A stretch of DNA of 45,655 nt from Candidatus Heimdallarchaeota archaeon (GCA_019057815.1 JAHLWR010000028.1:1-45655); one strand, 5' to 3'; positions 1 through 10,700 are shown, counted from the stretch's first letter. Made by a program: numbers and translations. Notes: generated by a model not told the origin, from the letters alone.

Positions 1-71
1 CATACCCTCCGTAACCCATCATTTTAAACTGTTACCAAGGTGGGTTTAGTTAACAGTATATTTTTTTGGTG

Positions 72-79
72 TTTATATA
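72..79 (+). promoter_or_regulatory. Archaeal TATA box candidate
   Basis: TTTATATA positioned ~25 nt before the first stem of the putative ncRNA. Confidence 0.35.
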
Positions 80-103
80 GGGTCGTATTGGTTATCCTTT
101 GAA

Positions 104-245
104 GGATTGTAGATATGCACCAACTTCATGGTGGTCCTCGGGTCTACATCCAACAAAAACCCAAAAGCAAACCGTAAGCATCCTTGCAAGAGGGTGTGGG
201 CGGTGTAGGAGGGTATGTGGCGTCCCCATGATGTGCCCCAAGCAC
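104..245 (+). ncRNA. Putative structured non-coding RNA of unknown family
   Basis: GC-enriched island in AT-rich DNA with three predicted stems: 104-113/143-151; 171-204 containing GCATCCTT-GCAA-GAGGGTGT (GNRA tetraloop); 211-238. G-U pairs favour the + strand. A TATA-like TTTATATA at 72-79 lies ~25 nt upstream. Confidence 0.45.
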
Positions 246-317
246 TTCTAAAGAATTTATACAAAATTCATGTCATATTATTTCCTATTCATTAATAGGT
301 AAAAAGAAAAGGAGGAA

Positions 318-1466
318 CTAGTCGATTTTTAGTTCTAGATAAGATTTTCTTATAGTTTCTTCTTGGTCTAATATGCTTTTTCTACTATCCCTACCTGCTT
401 CTAAAATCTCCCAAAACCTGTCAACATAATCAGGATGAATACCCGTTAAAACTCCTCTTATTGATAGAATCGGTTCTTCAACTGTTGTTAGAGATATTTT
501 AATACTCCCTTTTTCAAATCTTTTTTCTATCTTTCTTGTTTCAAAAGTTGTTTGAGCTGAAAGCGGTGTTGTTATTGTCAGATACCCTCTTTTAGCTCTT
601 GTAACATCAGCTGTTAAACTTGAATTTTCATCCAATTCACTGAAGAACAAATCAGAAAACCTGAGATTTTGCACTTTTTCTATTTCATCGTACTCTTTAT
701 CCATAGCTATGATAATACCAATACCTGTAGCTTCTTTGCCAAAGGCAGCGAAAAAGTCATTTAAGTCCGCATTGTATTCTTCATGATTGCTTTCTTGTAG
801 AGAAAACAAGATAGTTGTAGTAAGCGTCTCTGCTAGAAGGTTATTGCTCTGTTTCAAAGCTTCTGATAGCGATTCATCTTCGAATTTCTTTAAGAGTTTT
901 TCATTGTCAAATAACAAGATTGGGCTGTAAGGTCCTTTGAAATCGAACCCTAGGAAGTGAAGCGCTTTTGCAGCATTGTATTGGATAAGAGAAGATTCGT
1001 CTTTTTCAGGAGCTATGAAAACAATAGTTGGAGAATCTCCTGTTATATCTTTAATCATCTTACCTGCGAGCATGGAGACGGCAGCACCAGTACCTCCTCC
1101 ACTTCCAATGATAAGATGTAAGGCTTTATGATCTTCACCTTCTCTTCTTGTATCAGAACTCTTGTAAAAAACAACTTTTTCTATCTTATCTTTTAACTCG
1201 TGGTTCTTGCTTTCCAAAATTTTCGCGACTTCATTTATTTCACCGTTTGAAGAAGATTCTTTTCTTCCGAACCAGTATTTATCGCTAAAATTGTCAATTT
1301 GCGGAGTAAAATTATCTACTTGGTTAATGGCAAGAGATCGGACATTGATGTCATTTTCTTTAAATTTTTGTACTATAAGATCTCCAACTCTACAACCAGC
1401 ATTCCCAGCACCAATAATAGTGATAGATATTTTCTTTCCAAACAATTTTCGTTTTAACCAAGACAT
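318..1466 (-). CDS. Tubulin/FtsZ-superfamily GTPase (divergent CetZ/FtsZ-like)
   Basis: T1-like IIGAGNAGCRVG, signature GSGGGTGAA, PEKDE, LLFDNEKL and T7-like YNADLNDF. Start moved to the ATG at 1466 (MSWLKRKLFG), just after the upstream gene's stop. Confidence 0.85.
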   Translation of the reverse strand: MSWLKRKLFGKKISITIIGAGNAGCRVGDLIVQKFKENDINVRSLAINQVDNFTPQIDNFSDKYWFGRKESSSNGEINEVAKILESKNHELKDKIEKVVFYKSSDTRREGEDHKALHLIIGSGGGTGAAVSMLAGKMIKDITGDSPTIVFIAPEKDESSLIQYNAAKALHFLGFDFKGPYSPILLFDNEKLLKKFEDESLSEALKQSNNLLAETLTTTILFSLQESNHEEYNADLNDFFAAFGKEATGIGIIIAMDKEYDEIEKVQNLRFSDLFFSELDENSSLTADVTRAKRGYLTITTPLSAQTTFETRKIEKRFEKGSIKISLTTVEEPILSIRGVLTGIHPDYVDRFWEILEAGRDSRKSILDQEETIRKSYLELKID

Positions 1467-1468
1467 TA

Positions 1469-2839
1469 TTAACCCTCTCCTGCGACTGCTTTGATTATCC
1501 TTTGCATGTTTAAACCCCAAATAACAATAGCTGTCAAACTTTTGATGATTTTCCCTGTAGAAATTGGAACTGTTCGCATTCCAGCTATGTAACCCCGTAG
1601 TTGATACATTGTTGATGTTTCTACTTTTGCTACTTCTGCATATCTTTTATCAAACTCCATTACACTAGCAAAAATGTAATTGTCTAGTTCTATTAGGGCT
1701 TTAACTTTGAATTTCTTCATTTTGTTACCAAACAGGTAGATTGGAAAGACTATAACCAGCACTAAAATAACTGCAATTAGCACTCCAATTAATACAACAA
1801 AAACGCTCCACTCATATTTAGATTTTATGAAGAGAAAATCAAAGCCGACTGTAGGCATCTCTCCATTAACACCATAAATCAGCTGATTTAACCCTCCCAC
1901 AACCATGGCAATGGTAATTATTACTGCAGATAAAATTCCTGAGATTGGAATATTCTCAAGTTGTCGTATTGATCTTCCAGGAGTATTACCTAAAGCCCAG
2001 ATGATCTCATAGTTTTCTTTGTTTAGTAGAGTTCCATATTCTTCTTGATAAATACGAATTTTTTGTTTGATTGTTTTTAGCACTTTCGAATAAATTCTTG
2101 TATTTAAAATCATATAATAAGTTGCCAAGATAAAGATATATAGTAAAATAGGATTAAAGAAACACGCAACTATTCCAAAGAATTTAGCTACCCCTATTGG
2201 TTGTGAAAAAGAGTAATTTACAAGAGGGATAGAAATTCCTAATCCTGCTAATATTGATGTTATGATAATCAACGGATTGGTTGGTAATTTTCTATCATAG
2301 AACTTATTATAATAATCTCTCACTGGCTTTTCAAGCCATTCTATTCTCTTCTCCATAATTAAGCCTAGAAAACCATCATGAGTATATTTCAAGTAGAATA
2401 GAGACATTATCACTGCAATTATTATTGGAGTACTGACTGTGAAAAGTACATCTATAGCTTCTGGAATAGTTAGAGCTGTATGGGCTAGAATTATATTTGG
2501 GATCATTAAGATTAACACAAAAACCCACAACTTAGTGAATTCTCTCCACCTCATAGCTAATATTGTATTTAGTTTTACCTTAAAAAGTGCAATAGGGAAA
2601 CGATAAAATTTCTTGAAGGGGTTGAGTAATGCTTCAACATCTTTAGGATTTTCCACGCCTGCAGCTGTTCTAGGGAATTTCTTTTGGTGCTCTATTATTA
2701 AATTCTCAAAATCAAAAGAGGGGATATTAATCTTTTCCTTAGATTTTACTACACGAGCTTTAACTGAAATTTGATTAGTAGTAACAGATTCCATTACAGT
2801 ATCCTTTTTGTTTCGCTTCTTTTTAACATTTCTCATCAC
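1469..2839 (-). CDS. Polytopic membrane protein of unknown function
   Basis: 456-aa ORF with about 6-7 hydrophobic segments. Its stop is 2 nt before the tubulin-like start, suggesting an operon. Confidence 0.75.
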   Translation of the reverse strand: MMRNVKKKRNKKDTVMESVTTNQISVKARVVKSKEKINIPSFDFENLIIEHQKKFPRTAAGVENPKDVEALLNPFKKFYRFPIALFKVKLNTILAMRWREFTKLWVFVLILMIPNIILAHTALTIPEAIDVLFTVSTPIIIAVIMSLFYLKYTHDGFLGLIMEKRIEWLEKPVRDYYNKFYDRKLPTNPLIIITSILAGLGISIPLVNYSFSQPIGVAKFFGIVACFFNPILLYIFILATYYMILNTRIYSKVLKTIKQKIRIYQEEYGTLLNKENYEIIWALGNTPGRSIRQLENIPISGILSAVIITIAMVVGGLNQLIYGVNGEMPTVGFDFLFIKSKYEWSVFVVLIGVLIAVILVLVIVFPIYLFGNKMKKFKVKALIELDNYIFASVMEFDKRYAEVAKVETSTMYQLRGYIAGMRTVPISTGKIIKSLTAIVIWGLNMQRIIKAVAGEG

Positions 2840-2916
2840 ATTTCACAAAAATTTAGTCTATTTCTATATGTAAAAAGTCTTAAAAAGCTGTTGCCAACTC
2901 AATATATGTAGAAAAA

Positions 2917-4179
2917 ATGTCATGGATAACCTCAATTTTTGGAAAAAAGAGTAAGGGTGTCAAAGCTGATGTACCTGAACTCTTTAATGCTCTTTACGAA
3001 TTTAATCATGATAAAATAATCGAAAATTCCCAAAGCGTGGAAAATAAGCTAGATGGATGCAAGATTTCAGATACGCTTTTTCTTGAAGGGCTAAAAACAG
3101 TTGATACTATCGGATTTCTTTTTGTTGGTAGTGAAGGCTTGGAAACTCTTTCAGTAATGCACAGTATAACCTCTAATATCGCTACTTCATTGCTTTTGGC
3201 AAATGACGAAATTCTGAGTAACAATACTCTTCGAGTCCCAACAATCGAGTTACCTTCTATTTCAAAACCAAAAGACACATTTTTCGAAGGAACAAGATGG
3301 TATGAAAATAATGAAGAAAGAATTAAAGACTATGTGCAAAAACTAATAAAAGACATTTCTCTAGTTTTTATTTTTACAGATAATACATGTTTTAATTTTG
3401 GTTTGTTAAAAAAAATAATGGCTTTTATTAAGTTTCAAAAAATCCAGCCTGTAATTGTACTAAAACTTCCTCCCAAGAATACAGAACTATCAAACGAAAT
3501 TTCAACTTTGATGTTTATCCATTCAATTTCTCAAGCAAAAGAAGAGGAGAGTTTCTCATATTTACTGCTAGATGAAGAGCTACTTAAAAAATCAAATAAA
3601 ACCATTTCTTCTGATGTGCTAACTAAAAAATTCCAACACCGTATTGCTACTGTGATTGTTGATCTCATTTCAGCAAGCCAAATGCCTTCAAAATTCTATC
3701 AAATAGATCAATCTAATTTCATCCGAATATTCGATAATTGTTTGGGACCATGCAAACTCTTATCTTATGAAATTTACGACGATAAACCTTCACTATCAGG
3801 GTTATTAAAAGACTTGAAATTGGCTGAAACCTTCAACACTAGGCAACAAGCAACTCGAGGTTTTTTAGTTATTCAACCAGGACCTAAGGGGTTGCAAACT
3901 AAAGAATATAGATTTATGAGAAACAGATTCTCTAAAATAGATGTTGTTTTTTCAATTCTTGAAGAAAGAAAAAGAGGGTCGTTAGTAAGAGGAATACTGA
4001 CATTTAATGAGACACCTAAAATACTCTTAGAGCGTTACACCACTTTTTCAGATATAATAATAGAAATAGTTAATGATGAAGATCAAGTTATTGGCTACGC
4101 CGACATGAGTGAGATAGAGAAACTATGGGATATTGAGCATTATTACATAAGACCACGTCCAAAACCAGAAAAGAAATAA
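2917..4179 (+). CDS. Degenerate tubulin/FtsZ-superfamily paralog, probably GTPase-inactive
   Basis: Colinear with 318..1466: FLFVGSEG, PVIVLKLPPKNTE, YLLLDEELL, YQIDQSNF, ATRGFLVI, VRGILT. The GGGTG motif is absent. Confidence 0.65.
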   Translation: MSWITSIFGKKSKGVKADVPELFNALYEFNHDKIIENSQSVENKLDGCKISDTLFLEGLKTVDTIGFLFVGSEGLETLSVMHSITSNIATSLLLANDEILSNNTLRVPTIELPSISKPKDTFFEGTRWYENNEERIKDYVQKLIKDISLVFIFTDNTCFNFGLLKKIMAFIKFQKIQPVIVLKLPPKNTELSNEISTLMFIHSISQAKEEESFSYLLLDEELLKKSNKTISSDVLTKKFQHRIATVIVDLISASQMPSKFYQIDQSNFIRIFDNCLGPCKLLSYEIYDDKPSLSGLLKDLKLAETFNTRQQATRGFLVIQPGPKGLQTKEYRFMRNRFSKIDVVFSILEERKRGSLVRGILTFNETPKILLERYTTFSDIIIEIVNDEDQVIGYADMSEIEKLWDIEHYYIRPRPKPEKK

Positions 4180-4335
4180 TTGATTTTTAACCAAAAATTT
4201 TTTTTTCTTTAAGCTAGTAATATTCAACCAAAAAGTATATAATTGCTCTTTCACCAGCCTTCTTAAAGTGTCTCTCAAAAATGCGTTATATAAATTTTGG
4301 GTGACAAGCAGTATTAGTATAAAGAGGAATAAACT

Positions 4336-7326
4336 ATGCGACGTGAGTTTCGTATACTAATTGGTATTTCAATTATAGGACTTACATTAGGGTCCTCAAT
4401 TGCATTGGGTATACTTTTACCTTTAAAATCTCAAGATATTATGGAAGAAATCAACGATGATTTATTAGATTTCAGTCAAATAAACTTAAAAGATTTCGAT
4501 CCTTATATTGGTTCAGATTCTAATTATTCAGATTTCATGTATATGGATGCAAGTTCTAACGATTCGAACTTCTCTTTTCAGACTAAGTTTGAATTCTTTA
4601 ATGTCAGCGATCGTAATGCTTACTTAGATTATAACACTCGAATATCCTATATGTACGTTCCTGGAGAGTTAGTATTTGATACTTATCAAGTTAGATATGT
4701 TAAAGAATACAATTTCGAAGAGGGTTATTTTGTTTATGCAACTAAAAAATTATATCTTCTAAACACTGACTCTAACATATCTCTCAAAGGTACTGAAAAA
4801 GTACTAAACTTCAACTATATGTGGCCTTACTACGTGAAAAACTTTGGTAACGGAACAGAATATGGTTTTCAAGCATATATCGCCGCTTTCCTTATCCAGC
4901 AAGAATTAAACCAAACAGAAGGATATGATGAAAGTGATCTTGCATATTTGGTTCTCAATCAAAATTACGCTGAAGCTGAAGGTATGATTTCTTTGTCTAC
5001 CTATCTCCCACATAACTGGTTAGGTGTAAGACCAGCCTATATCTATCCTCAATTTGATAGACCAACAAGTTACAGGATTTTATATAATGCTATATATAAT
5101 GGTCATGATTATTCTGTACTAACTGGAGAACCAGGTAGCCCTAAATTTTTCTTAGATTTAATTCAAGGTCTTTATTATGATTCATCAGTTTTAAGTGTAG
5201 ATGTTGTTCAATTACTCGCTGATATATATGGGATAGATACAGTACCTGAGCTGGAATACGCAAAATCTTTTGCTGCTTATATGAAGTTTCTATTAGGGCA
5301 ACCATCTTTAGATTGGCTATACGGAAATGGTATCTCATACATTTGTAAGAGGACGACGTTGGAATGGATTATAGGAATTGAAGACCCACTATTTGGTGGT
5401 AAAAGATTTCCATTAATCTCAAATGACACTATTGAAATAGAAACTGATTGGGAAACTGAGCTTCATTATGTCGCAAACACAGGTTCAAATAATATTACAA
5501 AAGTAGCTTTGCTTATCGGAATAGCTAATATTCCAAGTTTTGAGGGAGCTTATTCCACTGAAATTATAGTTGACGAAGAACGAAATTTAGCTTATGTAAT
5601 CGAAGACAATATTGGAGTAAAAATAGTTGATCTAAACAGTTCCTTGTTTATGGCTGTTGCAGAATATAGTGACTTTGAATTCGATAAAGGAATTGTTGAA
5701 GCAATAACATATTCTGGAAACTTTGTCTTTGTTGCTGAAGGTGAAAGTGGTCTGGAAGTACTGGATACTTCTAACCTAGTGGATGTAAAAACGGTTTACC
5801 AAAGTGAGCTAAGCGAAGTCTCCAAGGATATGCGAGATGTAGCTATGGCAGAAGGTCCTTCACCAGATAATTATACAATATTAGCTGTAGCTAACGGTGA
5901 ACATGGTTTAGCACTTTTCGAGTTTGCAAACGGTGAACTTGCTAATTCTAACACTTTTGATATATCTCAAGGAATAGCACAAGACATTACAATCTATGGA
6001 GATTATGCTATTGTAGGTTTAGGAGAAAATGGTATTGTTGTTCTTGATATTTCCTCTCCAAATTCTGTTTCTGAACTAAGTTACTACAATATAACAAATG
6101 ACGGTGATTTGAATAATGTTCTTGAGCTTAAAGCTTATGATGATGTTCTTTACATCATTGATGAAGATGAAGGACTTATAATATATGATATAAGTTTTGG
6201 TTTCTTATTCAAAAGAGGGAAACTAGCTAATTCCGGAGGAGAAATCTATCAGAACCTACAAATCGCTGGAAGTAATGATATCTATCTAACAAGAGGTACA
6301 GCAGGTTTTGTTCATGTTGATGTAACAGTCTCTGATTTTCCAATAATCGTTGGAACATTCGACGAAACTGATGGTTTGAAAAGTTCCGCAGAAAGTATTT
6401 ATGTGGTTGGAAGCGATATTTACCTAGCTGATTTAGAACAAGGTATAGTACATATTGTCAACATTACAGCTACAGAGTATGAAGTTGTTAGAAGAGACGT
6501 GATTCACACATATGTAGAATGCTGGAAAAGTTATAATAAAGTTCAGTTTAGTAATTGGCAATTCAAAAACTATGAATGGATCGACACGGTTACAGACACA
6601 TATGATTTCTTTAATTTATATAATAATGTAGAACGAGGGCTAAGATTGCAGTGGTCAGAACAATACTTTAGACCTTTCATATTTTCATCACTAAGAGACA
6701 CTGGTCTATTCAAAGACGAAATAGCTTTTGTCTATCAAGCAGAAGCACAGATACCTTATTTACAATTAGACACCTATGATTTATATGGTCAAGAGTATGC
6801 AGATTTCATACCTTCTACATTCGTACATGTAGGAATTTGGGACAAAATGTATCCAGAACTGGATTTGACTATCAACGATTTCAATCTTACCCATTCTTTC
6901 CCTGGAAGGTTACGTGATGAGTTTCATATGCAATATATGTCTGTTGAACCAATTTCTGGATCAGTTGTAGAAAAAAGAGATCGAGTTCAATTTAATACAA
7001 GAGTATCACAATATGATGAAGAAATATATTCACTGTTGGCTGATACAGTTCCGATAACACAACTTGCATTCTACTACTATAATACTTGGCACTCTACATA
7101 TGCAGGAATGACCGCTGATATGGCAGAATTATATTGGCAAGAAGATGTAATACTAGGAACATTTACCCTATCAGATAAGCTAAAAGAAGATTTCTTAAAT
7201 AAAATTGATCTAGCTGATGCTTTCCGTACTTCTGGAGCTTTTTCTGCAATGTTTGTGATAGCTCTTGGTTTTGTAGCTACTTCAGTTGTATTGCACAAAA
7301 CTAAAATGAAACCCAAAATTAAATGA
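4336..7326 (+). CDS. Membrane-anchored surface protein: CD36/LIMP-2-like scaffold with inserted LVIVD-repeat beta-propeller
   Basis: TM helices at both termini. CD36-like motifs FEFFNVS, RTTLEWIIGIEDPLF, NTGSNNITKVALL and VEPISGSVVEKRDRVQFN. Central repeats such as FVFVAEGESGLEVLDTSN and YAIVGLGENGIVVLDISSP. Confidence 0.7.
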   Translation: MRREFRILIGISIIGLTLGSSIALGILLPLKSQDIMEEINDDLLDFSQINLKDFDPYIGSDSNYSDFMYMDASSNDSNFSFQTKFEFFNVSDRNAYLDYNTRISYMYVPGELVFDTYQVRYVKEYNFEEGYFVYATKKLYLLNTDSNISLKGTEKVLNFNYMWPYYVKNFGNGTEYGFQAYIAAFLIQQELNQTEGYDESDLAYLVLNQNYAEAEGMISLSTYLPHNWLGVRPAYIYPQFDRPTSYRILYNAIYNGHDYSVLTGEPGSPKFFLDLIQGLYYDSSVLSVDVVQLLADIYGIDTVPELEYAKSFAAYMKFLLGQPSLDWLYGNGISYICKRTTLEWIIGIEDPLFGGKRFPLISNDTIEIETDWETELHYVANTGSNNITKVALLIGIANIPSFEGAYSTEIIVDEERNLAYVIEDNIGVKIVDLNSSLFMAVAEYSDFEFDKGIVEAITYSGNFVFVAEGESGLEVLDTSNLVDVKTVYQSELSEVSKDMRDVAMAEGPSPDNYTILAVANGEHGLALFEFANGELANSNTFDISQGIAQDITIYGDYAIVGLGENGIVVLDISSPNSVSELSYYNITNDGDLNNVLELKAYDDVLYIIDEDEGLIIYDISFGFLFKRGKLANSGGEIYQNLQIAGSNDIYLTRGTAGFVHVDVTVSDFPIIVGTFDETDGLKSSAESIYVVGSDIYLADLEQGIVHIVNITATEYEVVRRDVIHTYVECWKSYNKVQFSNWQFKNYEWIDTVTDTYDFFNLYNNVERGLRLQWSEQYFRPFIFSSLRDTGLFKDEIAFVYQAEAQIPYLQLDTYDLYGQEYADFIPSTFVHVGIWDKMYPELDLTINDFNLTHSFPGRLRDEFHMQYMSVEPISGSVVEKRDRVQFNTRVSQYDEEIYSLLADTVPITQLAFYYYNTWHSTYAGMTADMAELYWQEDVILGTFTLSDKLKEDFLNKIDLADAFRTSGAFSAMFVIALGFVATSVVLHKTKMKPKIK

Positions 7327-7396
7327 TATGATTCTGTCTCCATGTCGATTAGCAGAACCTTTCTTTTAGAGGTCAAGGAGATAAGAACTTGTCATA

Positions 7397-7434
7397 GATT
7401 TTTTTTTCTTCTTTTCTTTTCTTTATTTTTATTT
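7397..7434 (+). terminator. Poly-T/pyrimidine tract, likely archaeal terminator
   Basis: Long T-rich run downstream of the 4336..7326 stop. Confidence 0.4.
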
Positions 7435-7792
7435 GATGCTTTCACATAATTAAAACACTCAAAGCAAGTTTTTACCTTTATTTCAGTTTCTTCTAACTGT
7501 TGATAGCAGAAGTCCCATTCCTTTAGGTAGGAGTAATACCTCAAGTTCTTCTTGTTGTTTTCTTCACAATTTTCAAGGCTGTAGATTCCAAAGGTATACT
7601 TCTATATTGCTTAACATGCTTTCAGTAAATAGTGTGTTGGTTGAGGATATAGTTTGTGATGAGTCTTCTTCATTATATCATCAGTCTATGGAAAAGGATT
7701 ATTACATATCAAGAATAGAAACACATTATATATACTTTAATACTAAAATATTGATACTGAATTATAAAAAAGTAATATAGAAGGTAAACTGC

Positions 7793-10700
7793 TTGTCTGA
7801 AATCGTTACCAAAAAAATGAGTGCTGCAGCATTCTTTAATGATAATAGAGCCATCGCAGGTTTTGGTAATTCTATGAGAGCTGTTTTCACAAGTATTAGA
7901 GAACTTGTTGAAAATGGGCTTGATGCTGCCGAAAGAAGAGGAATCAACCCTGTTATTGGTATAGATTTAAGAAGATTATCTCAAAAAGAAATTCAGGAAT
8001 TACTAGACGTAAAACAGTATAGATCACTGGAGAAGCATTTGGATTTTCTCCAATTAACATGTATAGATAATGGAATAGGTGTTCCTGGTCATTTAATAGC
8101 TGAATTATTTGGAAGAGTGCTCACAGGCACAAAATATGGTGTTATTCAGACACGTGGAAGATTTGGTTTAGGCGCTAAAATGTGCTTACTTTATTCAATG
8201 TCTTCTGTCGATTTACCTGCTAGAATACGTAGTAGACATTTTTTGGATAATATGACTCATGAACTTCATTTAATGATAAATTTAGAAAAAAATGAACCTA
8301 TTATAATGGAAGAACATGAATATCTTCCTGGGGACCCAAATTACCTTGAAGAACCAGGAACAGAAATATCTATCACCTTTACAGGAGCATGGAATCTCGC
8401 AAAGAATAGTGTGAAAGAATATTTCAAACAACTTGCAATAATAACTCCTTATGCAAGTTTTAATATTAATCTCCCAGGAGATAAAGATGGTGAAATTGAA
8501 TCTTTTGAATTAGCAAGTGTCGTAGACGATATGCCACCTCAACCTGAAATCGTGAAAATTCATCCATGGGGCTGTGATATAACTCAGTTCAAATCAGAGC
8601 TTTCTGTTACACAATCTAAAACCCTTAGAGAATTCCTTGCTAACCATTTCATGGGAGTCACAGAAGATATAAGTAAAGATTTCTTCCAATTATTAGGAAT
8701 AGATCCATCAAAAAAACCAAAAGAAATAACTTCAAGCGAAATAAGGAGAATTGTTCATGAGGGTTTTGTAAAAGCCTATCAAGAAGCAAAAGAAATCAAA
8801 CGTAAAAGAGATAGAAAATTTCAGTTTGAACCACCTAGAGGAAGTGCTCTTTCTCCTTTAGGTTCAGGTAGGCTCAGGAAGGGGCTTGAAAAAGAACTTC
8901 AGCCAAAATTCGTTGAAGCAATAACTAGACCACCTAAAGCTTATTCAGGTCATCCTTTCATAATAGAAGCAGCTATAGGTTATGGTGGGGGAGTGAAGGG
9001 ATTTACTCATTCAAGAGCTTCAAGTACAGATAATAAATTCATATATCGTTACGCAAATCGTATTCCTTTAATTTTTGGAGCGGGAAATGACGTTATTACT
9101 AAAGTTGTTTCTTCCATAAAATGGAGCGATTATGGGTTAACAAAACAATCAGATCCGCTTGCAATAGCTGTTTCACTTGTAAGTACAAAGATACCCTTTC
9201 CTGAAACAAGTAAAGAATATATTTCTAATGTTCCTGAGATAGAGGAAGATATCAGATTAGCTTTAATGCAACTTGGTAGAAGGTTGAAAACCTTTCTAAG
9301 TCGTGCTAAAAGAAGAAGAAGAGAACATGCTCGATTATCCCGTTTTGTTAAATCTGCACCTGTAGTAGTAGAAAACCTCACTCAGATTCTTCAAAGTAAA
9401 AAATCAATATTTGCCAATTTCCTACAAGGAAATGATAGAATTGCTTCAGCTCTAGCGCATGGTGCTCCTAAAAAAGCAAAATTATTCATGCCAATTGGTA
9501 AGAACCTTTTCAGTGTGAATGTTTGGTGTCCATCCTCAATTAGAAGAATACTAAATTCTAATAATGTTGTAACACTTGCTGATTTTTTCAATACACCAAC
9601 AGATCAATTAGCAACTATTTTAGAACTAACAGAAAATCAAGTTAATGAGATAAAGGAAAAGACAATTGATGAATTTGATAGAGAGAATATCAGTCCATTA
9701 TTAGACAATACACTTCTAATAAGCAGAAATGTAGAGAAAAGATTTTCAAAGAAGGCTGATAAGAGTTTTGTATCACTTAAAGATGCTCTTTACAGACGAT
9801 GGATACAGAATAGTTATCATTTTTTGGCCACAGAAATTGATAAACTCCGTTTTGTTTCTAATTTATTAGAGAAACTGTTCGAGTACAAAAAAGAACTTCT
9901 TATCACTCATTTTAAATCAAATAAAAGGAAACAAAGGGCAATTGGTACACCAACTCCAACAATAAAGGTAGAGTCTTTAACATCATATTCCAAATTAAAG
10001 GTTGAACATCTATTCCCTTCTTTTAAACAATTGAAAGCCATGTTAGGTGAGAGCTGTGATCCTGATCTGCTATATGAGGAATTTATTTTTCAAATAATCG
10101 AACCTACAGGAATAAATTACCAAGCTGCTATAACAAAAGTGTTAGTTGAAAATATGCAGCAGACGTTCAAGAAACTGATTGATAAATTCCCTAATTTTTC
10201 AAAGATTAAAATAACAAAAATGAAACCTGATTGGACAGATGGGTATACTAAAAATGCTTTTCACAGAAGAAAAATCTCTACTATAAGCGATTTTGTTAAA
10301 AAGGATTCTGAAGACCTAATTTTAATTAAAGAATTAGAAAGGGTCTTATTTTCGAGATTTTCGGATGTTCTCACCAAAAATACAGATTCAATAAAGCTTT
10401 CAAAGTTGCCAATTTCCGGTCTAAAAGAACTTCAAGGTGATGTTAAAGCAACCTTGAATGAACTTTCGAACAACAAGATTAATACCCTAGCAGAGTTAGT
10501 AAAACTTCAAAGTCATGAAATAGAAGAAGATAGTTATTACTTATTTGCTTCATTATTATTGAAAGAAGCAAAAACCATAATTCTAAACCATCTAAATGAA
10601 ACCCAGCAAAGTCACGATATATCTCACCTTAAGATTATTCCACACAGAATAGAGGTGGAGTTGAAGAAGAATCAGATTTTCTCTACATCTTCTTTCTTAG

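Noticed and set aside
1-22. Possible gene start MMGYGGY on the minus strand running off the window
   Set aside because: Only 7 codons visible, so it cannot be supported or assigned.
118-133. Hairpin with a TTCA-containing loop suggesting tRNA-Sec
   Set aside because: The loop is 6 nt and there is no cloverleaf or T-arm.
73-264. 63-aa minus-strand ORF
   Set aside because: No recognisable motif; it overlaps a region better explained as a structured RNA on the + strand.
1467-1520. N-terminal extension of the tubulin-like ORF given by the track
   Set aside because: It overlaps the upstream gene; the ATG at 1466 matches the paralog's N-terminus.
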